Notes: generated by a model from the sequence alone, not told the origin. 64,000 bases of DNA from Thermoproteota archaeon (GCA_032249235.1 JAVVGF010000001.1:96001-160000), one strand, 5' to 3'; counted from the first letter of the stretch, positions 10,442 through 21,737 are shown. Numbers and translations: made by a program.

Positions 10442-11574
<1,133 letters not shown>

Positions 11575-11581
11575 CTAATTG

Positions 11582-12388
11582 CTAATTCTCATTTAATATA
11601 ATATCTTTTATTTTTTTAGCCAACTCTTCGTTATTCGTAACAAGAACAGCAACTCTCTTATTTTCTAGAATACTTACTTTATTTAAATCATCATTTAAGA
11701 TTTCAACATATCCTCCTGCATTTTTAACCATGAACATTCCTCCTACTATATCAAGTAATCTTACTCTAGGTGTAGGAACAATGAATGCATCTAACTTTCC
11801 TGATGCAACGTATGCTAAATCTAATGCTATTGCTCCGAAAAACCTAATATATCTAATAGCTTCGAGTATTTTATTCAAAGTCTTACCATATATAATGGTT
11901 TCTTTCGTCAGCTTAACATCAATGCTCGCAATTACTTCATTTAGATCAACTGTCTTAGAAGTCTTAACCTCTTTACCGTTTAGATAAGTTTTATTACCGT
12001 CTGAAATGAACATATCTCCACGAATTAAGTCAATAGTTCCCGATATTATAATATCTTGAAATCTTTCTCCTTTTGCTAATACTAATGTAGTTGCACAAAA
12101 TGGTAAGTCTCTAAAGGTATTGGTGCTTCCATCTACAGGATCAACGATTGCAATTCCTTCCCCATAACCTTCAATTATTCCTTTTTCTTCTGACAAAATT
12201 TTACCTACTTTATCTTTTAATTCGTTGATAATGACCTCTTCAACATATTCATCAAAATAAAGCGTTATGTCACCTCCATATCCTTTTTTAATCTTTTCTT
12301 TGAACTTTTGAGACTGTTTTACTTCATGGAACGCATTATATGCTTTATTCAATATATTTTCAGCCAGCTCAATGTAATTCATATGCAA
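11582..12388 (-). CDS. Bifunctional fructose-1,6-bisphosphatase/inositol monophosphatase
   Basis: SEE, DPVDGSTN, R.FGA.ALDLAYVASG, LDIVGG. Confidence 0.9.
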   Translation of the reverse strand: MHMNYIELAENILNKAYNAFHEVKQSQKFKEKIKKGYGGDITLYFDEYVEEVIINELKDKVGKILSEEKGIIEGYGEGIAIVDPVDGSTNTFRDLPFCATTLVLAKGERFQDIIISGTIDLIRGDMFISDGNKTYLNGKEVKTSKTVDLNEVIASIDVKLTKETIIYGKTLNKILEAIRYIRFFGAIALDLAYVASGKLDAFIVPTPRVRLLDIVGGMFMVKNAGGYVEILNDDLNKVSILENKRVAVLVTNNEELAKKIKDIILNEN

Positions 12389-12420
12389 GACTTATAAGAA
12401 TTCTTAACTCTATATAAATT

Positions 12421-12903
12421 GTGCTTCCTGAAGCAATAGAAAAACTTTTTGAAGAAGCTCTAGTTGCTGAGTTCGCAACTATAGATCATCATGGTATAAT
12501 TCATGTTCATCCAATGTTACCTTTGTATAAAAAAGGTCAAGGATATTTGGTTTTCACTTCAAGCATTTTATTCAGTAAGAAAGTAGAGTACATAAGAGAA
12601 AATCCAAAAGTCTCTGTTTTCTTCAATAATGAAGCAGGTGTTAGAACTAAAGAATATTTTCCAGTCTTAGTCAAAGGTTTAGCAAGCTATGATGATTCAG
12701 ATATCCATGAAAAATGGATGAAATATTTAGATTTATGGAAAAGAAAAGAACCATACATTGGTAAGTTATTAAAACAGAGATTTGCATTGCCTCTTTTCTG
12801 GGAAAGAGTGATCATAGAAGTAAAACCTATCAAGATTTATGCATGGAGGAATGGAGCTATAAATGAAGAACCAATAGTAATCGATGCTGAAAATGAGATT
12901 TGA
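12421..12903 (+). CDS. Pyridoxamine 5'-phosphate oxidase-like (FMN/F420 split-barrel) protein
   Basis: AEFATID..G....PM, SKKVEYIRENPKVSV, VLVKG.A, IEVKP. Confidence 0.82.
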   Translation: MLPEAIEKLFEEALVAEFATIDHHGIIHVHPMLPLYKKGQGYLVFTSSILFSKKVEYIRENPKVSVFFNNEAGVRTKEYFPVLVKGLASYDDSDIHEKWMKYLDLWKRKEPYIGKLLKQRFALPLFWERVIIEVKPIKIYAWRNGAINEEPIVIDAENEI

Positions 12904-14227
12904 AGATCTAATTAAATATATAAAAGAAAATTTCAAGGAGAAGCCATCAATCCATTTCATAGATGAAGATGGATTTCCTATAGCATATGCTGTAGATGTA
13001 GAGATATCGCATGAGATAATAATCAAAACTCCAAAATATTTGAATATTAAGGATAAAGAAGTAAATCTCGTCTTCAATCATATAACCGAGATTCCTAGCG
13101 GCGGTTATACTGATAGGAGATATATTGTAATAAGGGGTAAAGTTCAAGATATCGAAGGGAATTTAGTATTAAAACCAACTAAATATTACAATTGGGATGA
13201 AAAACAATTACCATTCGTTAGCTATTGCGAAAAGAACGTAAACAGAGCCAAAGAGTATCTAGAGAATTTATCTAAGTTGAAAGGAAAGCCTGTAAAACCA
13301 AAAATCGGAGGCTTTTGGTTGATATTCAAAACGATAAGGTTACCTTTCTTAATTGCAAGTATAATTCCTGCTCTAATAGGAATAATGATCGCTATCAACG
13401 AAGGTTTCATAGATATAATTTCTGCATTTTTGATCGTAGCAGGCGTAGCTATAATACATGCGGCATTGAATGTTGCGAACGATTATCATGACCACATAAC
13501 AGGAGCTGATGTGATCAATTTAACACCTACTCCTTTTTCAGGAGGCTCTAGAGTAATTCAACATGGTCTTATTGAACCTTCAACTTCCTTCAAGATCTTT
13601 TCATCTCTTTACATCGCTGGAATAGCAATAGGATTATACTTCACTCTATTAAGGGGCATTTGGGTTCTAATAATATTAAGCATAGGAGTTTTCATAAGCT
13701 ATTTCTATAGTGCAAAGCCTTTGAGATTCGCAGAAAAAGGATTGGGAGAAATAATGGTAGGAATAGGTTTCGGTCCAATAATAACACTAGGTTCATATGT
13801 AGCGATGACAGGTAAGCTATCTCTCATTCCTTTATTAGTTTCGATACCTATAGGTACACTTATAGCTTTAATATTATATGTCAACGAAATACCTGATAGA
13901 GAATGGGATATTAAAGCAGGAAAATTAACTTTAGTTGCAAGAATGAAAAAAGAAAAAATAGCCAAAGGCTATTTGATCGGGATAATAATTACTTATCTTT
14001 CTTATGTATTATGTCTATTTTTAAGAGCATTACCAATTTATTCTCTTCTTGTTTTAGCATTGTTACCTTTGGCAATCAAAGTCTATAAAGGAATAAAATC
14101 TGGATATCATGATCCATATTCGATGATTCCAGTATGCGCGACACATATAAGCTTTTATATCTATTTTGCTCTCCTAGTATTGCTTTCTTTAATTTTAAAT
14201 CTTATGTCGGTTAATTTACCACTTTAA
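12884..14227 (+). CDS. menA: MenA/UbiA-family prenyltransferase with ~140-aa N-terminal split-barrel-like domain
   Basis: C-terminal ~300 aa carries NDYHD...GAD, FSGGSRVIQ, YS..P.R..GLGE, NEIPDREWD..AGK.TL and multiple TM helices. The N-terminal soluble beta-rich domain contains DEDGFP and IRGKV. Confidence 0.8.
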   Translation: MLKMRFEDLIKYIKENFKEKPSIHFIDEDGFPIAYAVDVEISHEIIIKTPKYLNIKDKEVNLVFNHITEIPSGGYTDRRYIVIRGKVQDIEGNLVLKPTKYYNWDEKQLPFVSYCEKNVNRAKEYLENLSKLKGKPVKPKIGGFWLIFKTIRLPFLIASIIPALIGIMIAINEGFIDIISAFLIVAGVAIIHAALNVANDYHDHITGADVINLTPTPFSGGSRVIQHGLIEPSTSFKIFSSLYIAGIAIGLYFTLLRGIWVLIILSIGVFISYFYSAKPLRFAEKGLGEIMVGIGFGPIITLGSYVAMTGKLSLIPLLVSIPIGTLIALILYVNEIPDREWDIKAGKLTLVARMKKEKIAKGYLIGIIITYLSYVLCLFLRALPIYSLLVLALLPLAIKVYKGIKSGYHDPYSMIPVCATHISFYIYFALLVLLSLILNLMSVNLPL

Positions 14228-14228
14228 G

Positions 14229-14302
14229 TGGGGTCGCCAGGATTTGAACCTGGGACCACGCGGTCCCAAGCCGCGCATTCTACCAAGCTAAACTACGACC
14301 CC
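14229..14302 (-). tRNA. tRNA-Pro(TGG)
   Basis: Reverse complement GGGGTCG...GCGG-CT-TGG-GA-CCGC...GGTTCAAATCC...CGACCCCA; no intron, no encoded CCA. Confidence 0.96.
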
Positions 14303-14356
14303 TTAATTTTTTTAAATAAAGACCAATTTTAATTTTTCTTCATCAATAAAAGATTT

Positions 14357-15391
14357 GTGATCACTAAGATAATCAAAGTCAATCCTTTAAACTTCACAAA
14401 AGATGAAATTAAGGAGGCAATAGAATTAATAAGAAACGGTGAACTTGTAGCTTTTCCTACCGAGACAGTCTATGGATTAGGAGCTGATGCGACTAATTCA
14501 AATGCAGTCAAAAAAATATTTTTTACAAAGAGAAGACCTTTAGATAATCCTGTAATTGTTCACATCTCTGATTTGAATAATCTAATAAACGTAGCCTTAG
14601 AAGTGCCTGAAGAAATCTTTGATTTAGCAAGAAAATTCTGGCCAGGACCTTTAACTTTTGTTCTTAAAAGAAATCCCTCAATAGCTCCTGAAGTTTCAGC
14701 AGGCTTAGATACAGTTGCTGTTCGTTGTCCTGCACATCCAGTAGCTCTTGAATTGATCAAATCTTCAGAAAAGCCAATTGCTGCGCCTAGTGCAAATAAA
14801 GCAGGCAAACCTAGTCCTACTAGAGCTGAGCATGTGCTTGATGATTTCAAAGATGAAATTCCTCTAATAATAGATGCTGGAAGCACAATTTATGGTGTTG
14901 AATCAACAGTTATTGATGTTACAAAAAAACCTCCTGTTCTTTTAAGACCTGGCGCAATGCCAATTGAAGAAATAATGAAATATATCGGCGAGATTCATAT
15001 ACCTGAATTTGTAAGAGGACTAGGTAAATTTGAAGGTCCTGCATTATCTCCTGGCTTGAAATATAGACATTATTCGCCTGAGAAACCTTTAATTTTGGTC
15101 GAAGGAGAAGACAAACTCAATGCTCTAAAGAAACTGTTAGAAGAATACAAGAATGCAGGTTTAATACTTACGAAAGAAACTGCAAATTTCTTTAAAGATC
15201 AAAAAGAGCTAATAATTATAGGTAGCAAAGATAATCTTTTTGAAATCGCATTCAATCTATTTTCTTCCCTAAGAGAAATGGATAAAAGGAATATCGATGT
15301 AATAATCATCGAAGGGGTTGAAGAAAAAGGAATTGGTTTAGCTATCATGAATCGCTTAAGAAAAGCTGCGAGCAAAATAATAATAAGCTAG
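14357..15391 (+). CDS. sua5: Threonylcarbamoyl-AMP synthase Sua5
   Basis: VAFPTETVYGL, KRRP.DNP, WPGPLT, APSAN, SPG.KY.HYSP, IMNRL.KA. Confidence 0.96.
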   Translation: MITKIIKVNPLNFTKDEIKEAIELIRNGELVAFPTETVYGLGADATNSNAVKKIFFTKRRPLDNPVIVHISDLNNLINVALEVPEEIFDLARKFWPGPLTFVLKRNPSIAPEVSAGLDTVAVRCPAHPVALELIKSSEKPIAAPSANKAGKPSPTRAEHVLDDFKDEIPLIIDAGSTIYGVESTVIDVTKKPPVLLRPGAMPIEEIMKYIGEIHIPEFVRGLGKFEGPALSPGLKYRHYSPEKPLILVEGEDKLNALKKLLEEYKNAGLILTKETANFFKDQKELIIIGSKDNLFEIAFNLFSSLREMDKRNIDVIIIEGVEEKGIGLAIMNRLRKAASKIIIS

Positions 15392-16344
15392 TGAAAGTTT
15401 CTAACATCATGAAATACATAACTTTAGAAAGTCTTGATGTAAAAGTTTCAGCTATAGGTTTAGGATGTTGGCAATTCGGAGATCCTAATTGGGGCTGGAG
15501 TAGTGAACTGAATGAAGAAAAAGCAATTAAGATTATTCAAGAAGCCTTCAATTTAGGAGTCAATTTCTTTGACACTGCAGAGATTTATGGCGAAGGTATT
15601 TCAGAACAAGTGTTAGGAAAAGCGTTGAAGGGAATAAGGGATGAAGTTGTCATAGCTACAAAAGTTGCTCCTTTTCATTTAAGATACAAAGACGTAATCA
15701 AAGCTTGTGAAGGAAGTCTTAAAAGGTTGAATACGGATAGGATAGACTTATATCAGATCCATTGGCCTCACAATTATATTCCTTTAAGAGAAACTGCAAA
15801 AGCATTGGATGAATTATATCTTCAAAACAAGATTAGAGCTGTAGGCGTAAGCAATTTTCCCGTCCCTATGATAAGAGAATTGAAAAGATACTTGAAGCAT
15901 GCTCCGCTAGTATCGAATCAAGTTCAATACAATCTCATTGAAAGATTAGCAGAAAAGGAAATCATAAGATATTGCAAAAGAATGAAAATGATCATAATAG
16001 CTTACAGTCCTTTAGCGCAAGGATTGTTAACAGGAAAATATAACTTAACAAACATTCCTACAGATAATATAAGAAAAGGTAAAGCGTGGTTCAAAAAAGA
16101 AAATTTTGAAAAGATAATGAATGTATTAAAGGAACTTGAAATCATAGCTAAGAAGTATGAGAAAAAGCTCAGTCAAATTGCTCTAAATTGGATCATTTCG
16201 CATTCAAATACGATAGCCATACCTGGAGCTAAAAGCATTGAGCAGCTTAGAGAAAATATTGAAGCTGGAAATTTTCAGCTTAAAAGAGAAGATTTCAGAT
16301 ACATCTCAAAGCTTACAGAAAATTTAGAATTAGACTATTTTTAA
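15391..16344 (+). CDS. Aldo/keto reductase
   Basis: GLGCWQ, DTAEIYG, IATK, DLYQIHWP, GVSNF, AYSPLAQG, IPGAKS. Confidence 0.95.
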   Translation: MKVSNIMKYITLESLDVKVSAIGLGCWQFGDPNWGWSSELNEEKAIKIIQEAFNLGVNFFDTAEIYGEGISEQVLGKALKGIRDEVVIATKVAPFHLRYKDVIKACEGSLKRLNTDRIDLYQIHWPHNYIPLRETAKALDELYLQNKIRAVGVSNFPVPMIRELKRYLKHAPLVSNQVQYNLIERLAEKEIIRYCKRMKMIIIAYSPLAQGLLTGKYNLTNIPTDNIRKGKAWFKKENFEKIMNVLKELEIIAKKYEKKLSQIALNWIISHSNTIAIPGAKSIEQLRENIEAGNFQLKREDFRYISKLTENLELDYF

Positions 16345-16371
16345 ACTTTTTAGTCTCTTTATTTATTTTTA

Positions 16372-18249
16372 TTGTTTATGAAACTCAAATTCATTAGTGG
16401 TTGTTCAGCTGGAAAGCCAAATTTGTTATTGCTAGTTAAAGATAATGGAAAATCTGCTGTTTTCGATTGTGGTTTTCAAAACGAAATGCCAGATTTCAGC
16501 AAAATAGAAGGCGAAGTCGAAGAAATATTCATAACACATGCGCATGCAGATCATATAGGCGGTCTAACAATTCTCAAAAGGATGTTTCCTAATGCAAGAA
16601 TATTCATGAGCGAACCTACTATTGAGATAGGTAAAATTACAATTAGTAGCTTAGAAATTAAGAGCAAATACAAGATACCTATGAATGAAATCGAAGAAGT
16701 TATGAGCGATGTTGAAACGATAAGAGATGGAATTATTTTAAAATTCGACGATTATAAGGTATTACCGATATATGCAGGACATTTGTTAGGTGCATTGTCT
16801 TATTTGATAAAATTTGATTCTCATACTTTACTCTACACAGGAGATATAAGCATTTCAGAACTTCCTCTTGCGGGGAAATTTGAATTAGCACAAAGCAACA
16901 TCGACTTGATAATTTCTGAGAGTAACTTTAGTTTAGGCTTAGATACTTTTAGGTCTTCATTGGAGAAAATTTCGCAAATAATTGCTTCTGCAATAAAAGT
17001 TAAAGGAAGAGTTGTTATGCCTTTGCCTGCAGCAGGAAGAGCACAAGAGATAGCTGTTTATTTATCTTACAAGATGCTAGCAGGAGAAATTCCGCATACT
17101 ACAATATATGTTGATGGAAGCGTCAAAGATGTGATGCGAGTTTATGATAAATATTCATCCAATTTAAGAGGATATTTAAGTGAATATTATACAAAAGTGC
17201 GTTCTGCAGGTTTGATAAAACTTGTCTCGGATGATATGAGAAAAGAATTAGTTAGAAATGAAAGGCCTTTCATCGTGCTAACTACATCTGCGAATCTAAA
17301 ATATGGACCGAGCGTTTATTATGCAGAGGAAGTTTTTCTTGATGAAAATTCATTAATCTTATTCACAGGTCGTGTTGATGAAAAAACACTTGCAAAGAAA
17401 ATTCTATATTCAAAAAAAGGTGAGCTAGTTGAGTTTCGTGGAGTAGCTTTAAGCAGGAAATGCAATGTTCAAATGAATGAATTAAATGAACACGGAAATG
17501 CAACTGATCTAATTGAAATGGTAAATAAAATTTCTTCAAAATCAATCCTGCTTACACATGGCAATGATGTTGTGAAACAATACTTAATGCAGTATTTTCT
17601 AAAAGAGAATTCAAGATTTTCGGTATTTGATCCTTTAGAAGGAGATTTTATTAACTTAAATTTGTTATTTTCCATAGTTAAATCACAGAAAAAATTTGAT
17701 GACGAAGAGTTTTTTGAAGCCTTATTGGAGAGAATTATAGAATCGATAAGAATCGAATATGATAAAGGTAAAATCCTTACGCGCGATTTTATAGAAGAAT
17801 TGCTGAGCAAGAACGATATATTATATGAAATACGTAATATAGAAAAAGCAAAACAACTATTTTTCATCGCATTTAGATATGGGGTTAAATATTCATACAA
17901 AAATCACAAAATAGATTTCAAATTCGTAAGCGATCTCATGGAAATCATCTCAGAAATCATCTCAGAAATTCTCGGTAAAAGTGCTTCGAATAAACTCTTC
18001 AACCAATTGAATGAGACCTCACCAAAATTCTTTAAGAATCTCGTTTTAAAAGGAGGGACGATGAAAGCTAACTTGGGCGTAGAAATAATTTCCTTAGAAA
18101 ATCTGAAAGAGATATTGAATGATTTCGAAACCAATTTCTCTAGATTTGGAATTAAGGCCCCTTCTATTAGCGAAATTAAAAAGCTCTGTGAGCAAGAATT
18201 GATCATCGATAATTCACTTAGGAATAATTATTTGAGAGTATTCGGTTAA
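16372..18249 (+). CDS. beta-CASP metallo-beta-lactamase nuclease (aCPSF-like) with C-terminal extension
   Basis: DCG, THAHADH, AGHLLG, YTGD, ES, GRAQE, EHG and THG motifs; ~190 extra C-terminal residues; no KH domains. Confidence 0.85.
   Translation: MFMKLKFISGCSAGKPNLLLLVKDNGKSAVFDCGFQNEMPDFSKIEGEVEEIFITHAHADHIGGLTILKRMFPNARIFMSEPTIEIGKITISSLEIKSKYKIPMNEIEEVMSDVETIRDGIILKFDDYKVLPIYAGHLLGALSYLIKFDSHTLLYTGDISISELPLAGKFELAQSNIDLIISESNFSLGLDTFRSSLEKISQIIASAIKVKGRVVMPLPAAGRAQEIAVYLSYKMLAGEIPHTTIYVDGSVKDVMRVYDKYSSNLRGYLSEYYTKVRSAGLIKLVSDDMRKELVRNERPFIVLTTSANLKYGPSVYYAEEVFLDENSLILFTGRVDEKTLAKKILYSKKGELVEFRGVALSRKCNVQMNELNEHGNATDLIEMVNKISSKSILLTHGNDVVKQYLMQYFLKENSRFSVFDPLEGDFINLNLLFSIVKSQKKFDDEEFFEALLERIIESIRIEYDKGKILTRDFIEELLSKNDILYEIRNIEKAKQLFFIAFRYGVKYSYKNHKIDFKFVSDLMEIISEIISEILGKSASNKLFNQLNETSPKFFKNLVLKGGTMKANLGVEIISLENLKEILNDFETNFSRFGIKAPSISEIKKLCEQELIIDNSLRNNYLRVFG
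17941..17973 (+). repeat. In-frame 12-nt tandem repeat (GAAATCATCTCA x2 + degenerate third copy)
   Basis: Read directly from the sequence; encodes EIIS-EIIS-EIL. Confidence 0.7.
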
Positions 18250-18288
18250 AATTAGATTAATAAGATTTTCCTTATTTTAAATAAATTA

Positions 18289-18390
18289 GCGGGAGTCATC
18301 TAGCCTGGCTATGATGCCGGACTCATAATGCAAAGCCGGGGCAGGCATGCGTGGAATCCGGTGTCCCGGGTTCAAATCCCGGCTCCCGCA
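18289..18390 (+). tRNA. tRNA-Met(CAT), elongator type, with 28-nt intron (about 18329-18356)
   Basis: GCGGGAG/CTCCCGC-A acceptor stem; CCGGA-CT-CAT-AA-TCCGG after intron removal; GGTTCAAATCC T arm; G1:C72 argues against an initiator tRNA. Confidence 0.9.
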
Positions 18391-18426
18391 TACGTTTATT
18401 ATTCTAATAGTCTATTCTAATCATAA

Positions 18427-19460
18427 ATGAAGATTGCAATAATAGGCGCAGGACTGCAGGAGCTAATTGTGCATATTGGGCTGCAAAAGAAGGTCATGAG
18501 GTAATCTTATTCGAAAGAAACAAAACATTAGCTCATAAACCTTGTGGGGAAGCTGTTTTTAAAGAAGCTTTCGATTACGTTCCTATAAAACCTGAAGGAT
18601 CTAAATGGTATTTAAATTATGTACACAAGGCTGAAATTTACTTTGATAATAAACTGATCATTGAAGTCGATACAAAACCTTTTGAAGGTTTTATAGTAAA
18701 TAAAAGGATGTTCCTTGAAGAACTTGTAAATGAAGCGAAGAATGAGGGTGCTAAATTAAAATTAGGTGAAGAATTCAATGAAAAAGAAAATTATGATTTA
18801 ATAATCGATGCTGGAGGATTTGCTTCTACATATGCAAGAAGGAAAGGCTTACCTTATCATGGCTATAAGCTAGCGCCTGCAATTTGTGGTTATGGAAGGT
18901 CGAATAAAATCAAGGAAGATACATTATACTTCGAAGTTTATAGTTTCGGCTATGCATGGATATTCCCTTACGGTAAAAATTATTGCAATTTCGGAATTGG
19001 AGGGCATACTATTTTTAAAGAGGAGTTGCTCGTTAATCTAAAGAGATTTCTAAAATCGAGATGAATTCTAAGCTTGAAGGAGCAGGCTTTCCTTCATATG
19101 GTCTTTAGAAAAATTAAGTATAGGTAACATAAGAGTTGCTGAGACTCTGCAGGTATGGTAATGCCTATAAGCGGTGAAGGGATAAGATTTGCATTGTATG
19201 CTGGAAAGATATGCTACAAAGATGATTATGAAAAATTATTTTCAGAGAAATATGGTAAAAATCTGAAGGAAGGTAAGAAGATACTTGATTTATGGCTAAG
19301 CTTAAATCAAGATGAGCAAAAAGAATTATTGAAGAGCTTAGATCCTAAAATTTTACCAAGAATTTTTCTTGAAGGATATAGACCTAATTTGATGGAGGCT
19401 TTGAAATTGGTTGTAAAGCCAAACATATTGAAGAAATCGATTAAGCATTTTATTAAATAG
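18427..19460 (+). pseudogene. Geranylgeranyl reductase-family FAD oxidoreductase, frameshifted
   Basis: MKIAIIGAG/[fs ~18455]/AGANCAYWAAKEGHEV.LFE...KPCGE...IDAGG...GYAWIFP...NFGIG; further breaks at ~19060-19110 and ~19141 before (G)DSAGMVMPISGEGI. Confidence 0.85.
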
Positions 19461-19475
19461 AAGCATAATAACTTC

Positions 19476-20447
19476 ATGGTTGGTTGGGTTGACATATTGA
19501 CTGCAAAGCAGGCTCATTTTTTTAAACATTTTATAGATAGATATAAACTCCTTGCTACTACAAGGCAATATAGCGAAAGTCTTGCAGCTATAAATTTTCT
19601 GAATATAAAATGTGATGTAATAGGTAAGCATGGCGCAAATGTATTAGAAAAGCTAATTAACAGCATTGAGAGAAGCTATGCATTATTGAAATGGTTTTTA
19701 GATAAAAAACCAAATTTTTTAATTTCGCATGGAAGCGTTGAAGCAACAAGGATAGCATTTCAAGCAGGAATTCCAATATTTGATTTCAATGATACACCTG
19801 AATCTATATTTGTTGCTAGACTTACAGCTCCTTTGACTACTTTAATGATCGTACCAAAAGATTGTGGTGAAGGCTTTAGAAAGTATGGTGCTCAAAATGT
19901 GATAGAATATGATGGATTAACACAAGTAACTTGGTTAAAGAGATATAAATATGACATTGAGATTGTTAAAAAATTGAATTTGGACGAGAATAAAATCACT
20001 GTCATAGTAAGAGAACCCGCTTATTTAGCTTCACATATAGAATCTGATTCATTACATTTCAAGAGAATTGTGAGCATGCTTAAGGAATTTTCCGATGAGA
20101 TAAATCTCATTGAAATTGAAAGATACAAAGGAAAGTTCATAGACGTTCCTTCGTTGTTGAATAAAGCAGATATAGTAATTGCAACAGGCACAATGGTAGG
20201 TGAAGCAATAGTGAGCGGTGTTCCTTTGGTTATTGATTATTTTCCAGTATTACAAAGTATGTATAAGCGCTTTTATAAAGAAGAATTCTTTTTGCATAGC
20301 ACAAACTTAGAAACAATTATTTCGCATGTAAAGAATTTCATAAGGGATCCTAAAAAAAGAAGAGAACCTATGTATTACAAAATGGAAGATCCGTTAGATA
20401 TATTCGATGAAATAATTCGAGAAAAATTCCCTAATTTGCTTGAATGA
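19476..20447 (+). CDS. DUF354 family GT-B-fold protein
   Basis: WVDIL..KQAHFF, IGKHG...LEKL, D.PE, GTM..EA..GVP. Confidence 0.8.
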   Translation: MVGWVDILTAKQAHFFKHFIDRYKLLATTRQYSESLAAINFLNIKCDVIGKHGANVLEKLINSIERSYALLKWFLDKKPNFLISHGSVEATRIAFQAGIPIFDFNDTPESIFVARLTAPLTTLMIVPKDCGEGFRKYGAQNVIEYDGLTQVTWLKRYKYDIEIVKKLNLDENKITVIVREPAYLASHIESDSLHFKRIVSMLKEFSDEINLIEIERYKGKFIDVPSLLNKADIVIATGTMVGEAIVSGVPLVIDYFPVLQSMYKRFYKEEFFLHSTNLETIISHVKNFIRDPKKRREPMYYKMEDPLDIFDEIIREKFPNLLE

Positions 20448-21412
20448 AAATAAAGATAATTGGAGGAGAAACTTTAGGTACGAGAAGTTTATCTAGCTTT
20501 ATTGAATGTAGCGATATAAGGATACTTATTGATCCAGGTGTTGCATTAGGTCCTAGATTCAACCTTTTACCCCATCCTATTGAATATGAGAATTTAATGA
20601 AAACGAGGAAGGAAATAGAAAGTTATGCCATGGAAAGCGATGCTGTTTTTATATCTCATTATCACTATGATCATTTCACTCCTTTTTGGAGAGAAATAGA
20701 TAATTTATGGACCTTTGCAGACTTAAGGAGTGCAGAGAAAATATACAAGAATAAGCAGGTATTCATCAAAGATCCTTTTAATAACATAAATGAAAGTCAA
20801 AAGTCAAGAGCAAGAGAATTTTTACCTAATTTGAGAAATGTTGCTAAAGAAGTTAGAATAGCTGATTTTAAAGAATACAAAATAGGTAATACAAAGTTAG
20901 TATTTTCAAATCCTCTTCCTCATGGTGAAGACAATACTCCATTGGGTAAAGTTTTAATGTTATGCATTGAAGATAAAGGTGAGAAGTTTTTATTTGCTAG
21001 TGATGTTGAAGGTCCTATAAGCGAGAAAGTATTCGAAGAAATAGTCAGAATGAAACCTAATTATATGCTCATTAGCGGCCCTCCTTTATATCTTTTAGGT
21101 ACTAAGCTTTCTCATAATAATTTCCAAAAGGCAATCGATAATTTATCCAGACTTTTAAAACATGTAGATATAATAATTTTAGACCATCATTTTCTGAGAA
21201 GCCATGAATCATTGAATTACATAAAGAAACTTAAAGAAACAGCAGATAATTATGGTTCGATGTTGATGACTATTGCTGAATTTAATAATATGGAGATAAA
21301 AATGCTCGAAGCATATAGAAAAGAACTTTATAGAGATAAGCCACCTAGTGAAGAATTCATTGAATGGACTAGAAAAAAGAATGGGATACCTCCTATTTCA
21401 TATAAAAAATAA
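20444..21412 (+). CDS. UPF0282-type MBL-fold hydrolase
   Basis: ETLGTRS, IDPGVALGP, ISHYHYDH, PHG, ASDVEGP, GPP.Y, DHH.LR. Confidence 0.88.
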   Translation: MKIKIIGGETLGTRSLSSFIECSDIRILIDPGVALGPRFNLLPHPIEYENLMKTRKEIESYAMESDAVFISHYHYDHFTPFWREIDNLWTFADLRSAEKIYKNKQVFIKDPFNNINESQKSRAREFLPNLRNVAKEVRIADFKEYKIGNTKLVFSNPLPHGEDNTPLGKVLMLCIEDKGEKFLFASDVEGPISEKVFEEIVRMKPNYMLISGPPLYLLGTKLSHNNFQKAIDNLSRLLKHVDIIILDHHFLRSHESLNYIKKLKETADNYGSMLMTIAEFNNMEIKMLEAYRKELYRDKPPSEEFIEWTRKKNGIPPISYKK

Positions 21413-21475
21413 AATTTATGTTAAGATTATTACTAAATTATGATTTAATAATTAAAGCTTTTTAAAAGTTTAGTA

Positions 21476-21697
21476 ATGAATATACTTAAGTACGCTGGAT
21501 ATGCCTGTGAAAATGAATTGTTAGCTTTGCTATAACTCGATAGGATAAAAGTTATTAAGCCTAGCAAACCGATAATTCACGTTTTAAAAGAGAGAATGTC
21601 AAATCTTTTAATCTAACTGATCAAAAAGCTTAAGGAGTTTGGGTTAATAATCTCTATAACTAAATGCGATATTCAAAGTTTCGGAAAACTTTATTAA
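21476..21697 (+). pseudogene. Possible decayed ORF fragment (wHTH-like)
   Basis: One frame reads MNILKYAGYACENELLALL*LDRIKVIKPSKPIIHVLKERMSNLLI*LIKKLKEFGLIISITK... with two TAA stops, inside an unusually long (~325 bp) intergenic gap. Confidence 0.3.
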
Positions 21698-21737
21698 GAA
21701 TAAGGCTTAAATTAAGGGAATCCTTAGCTATTAAAGC

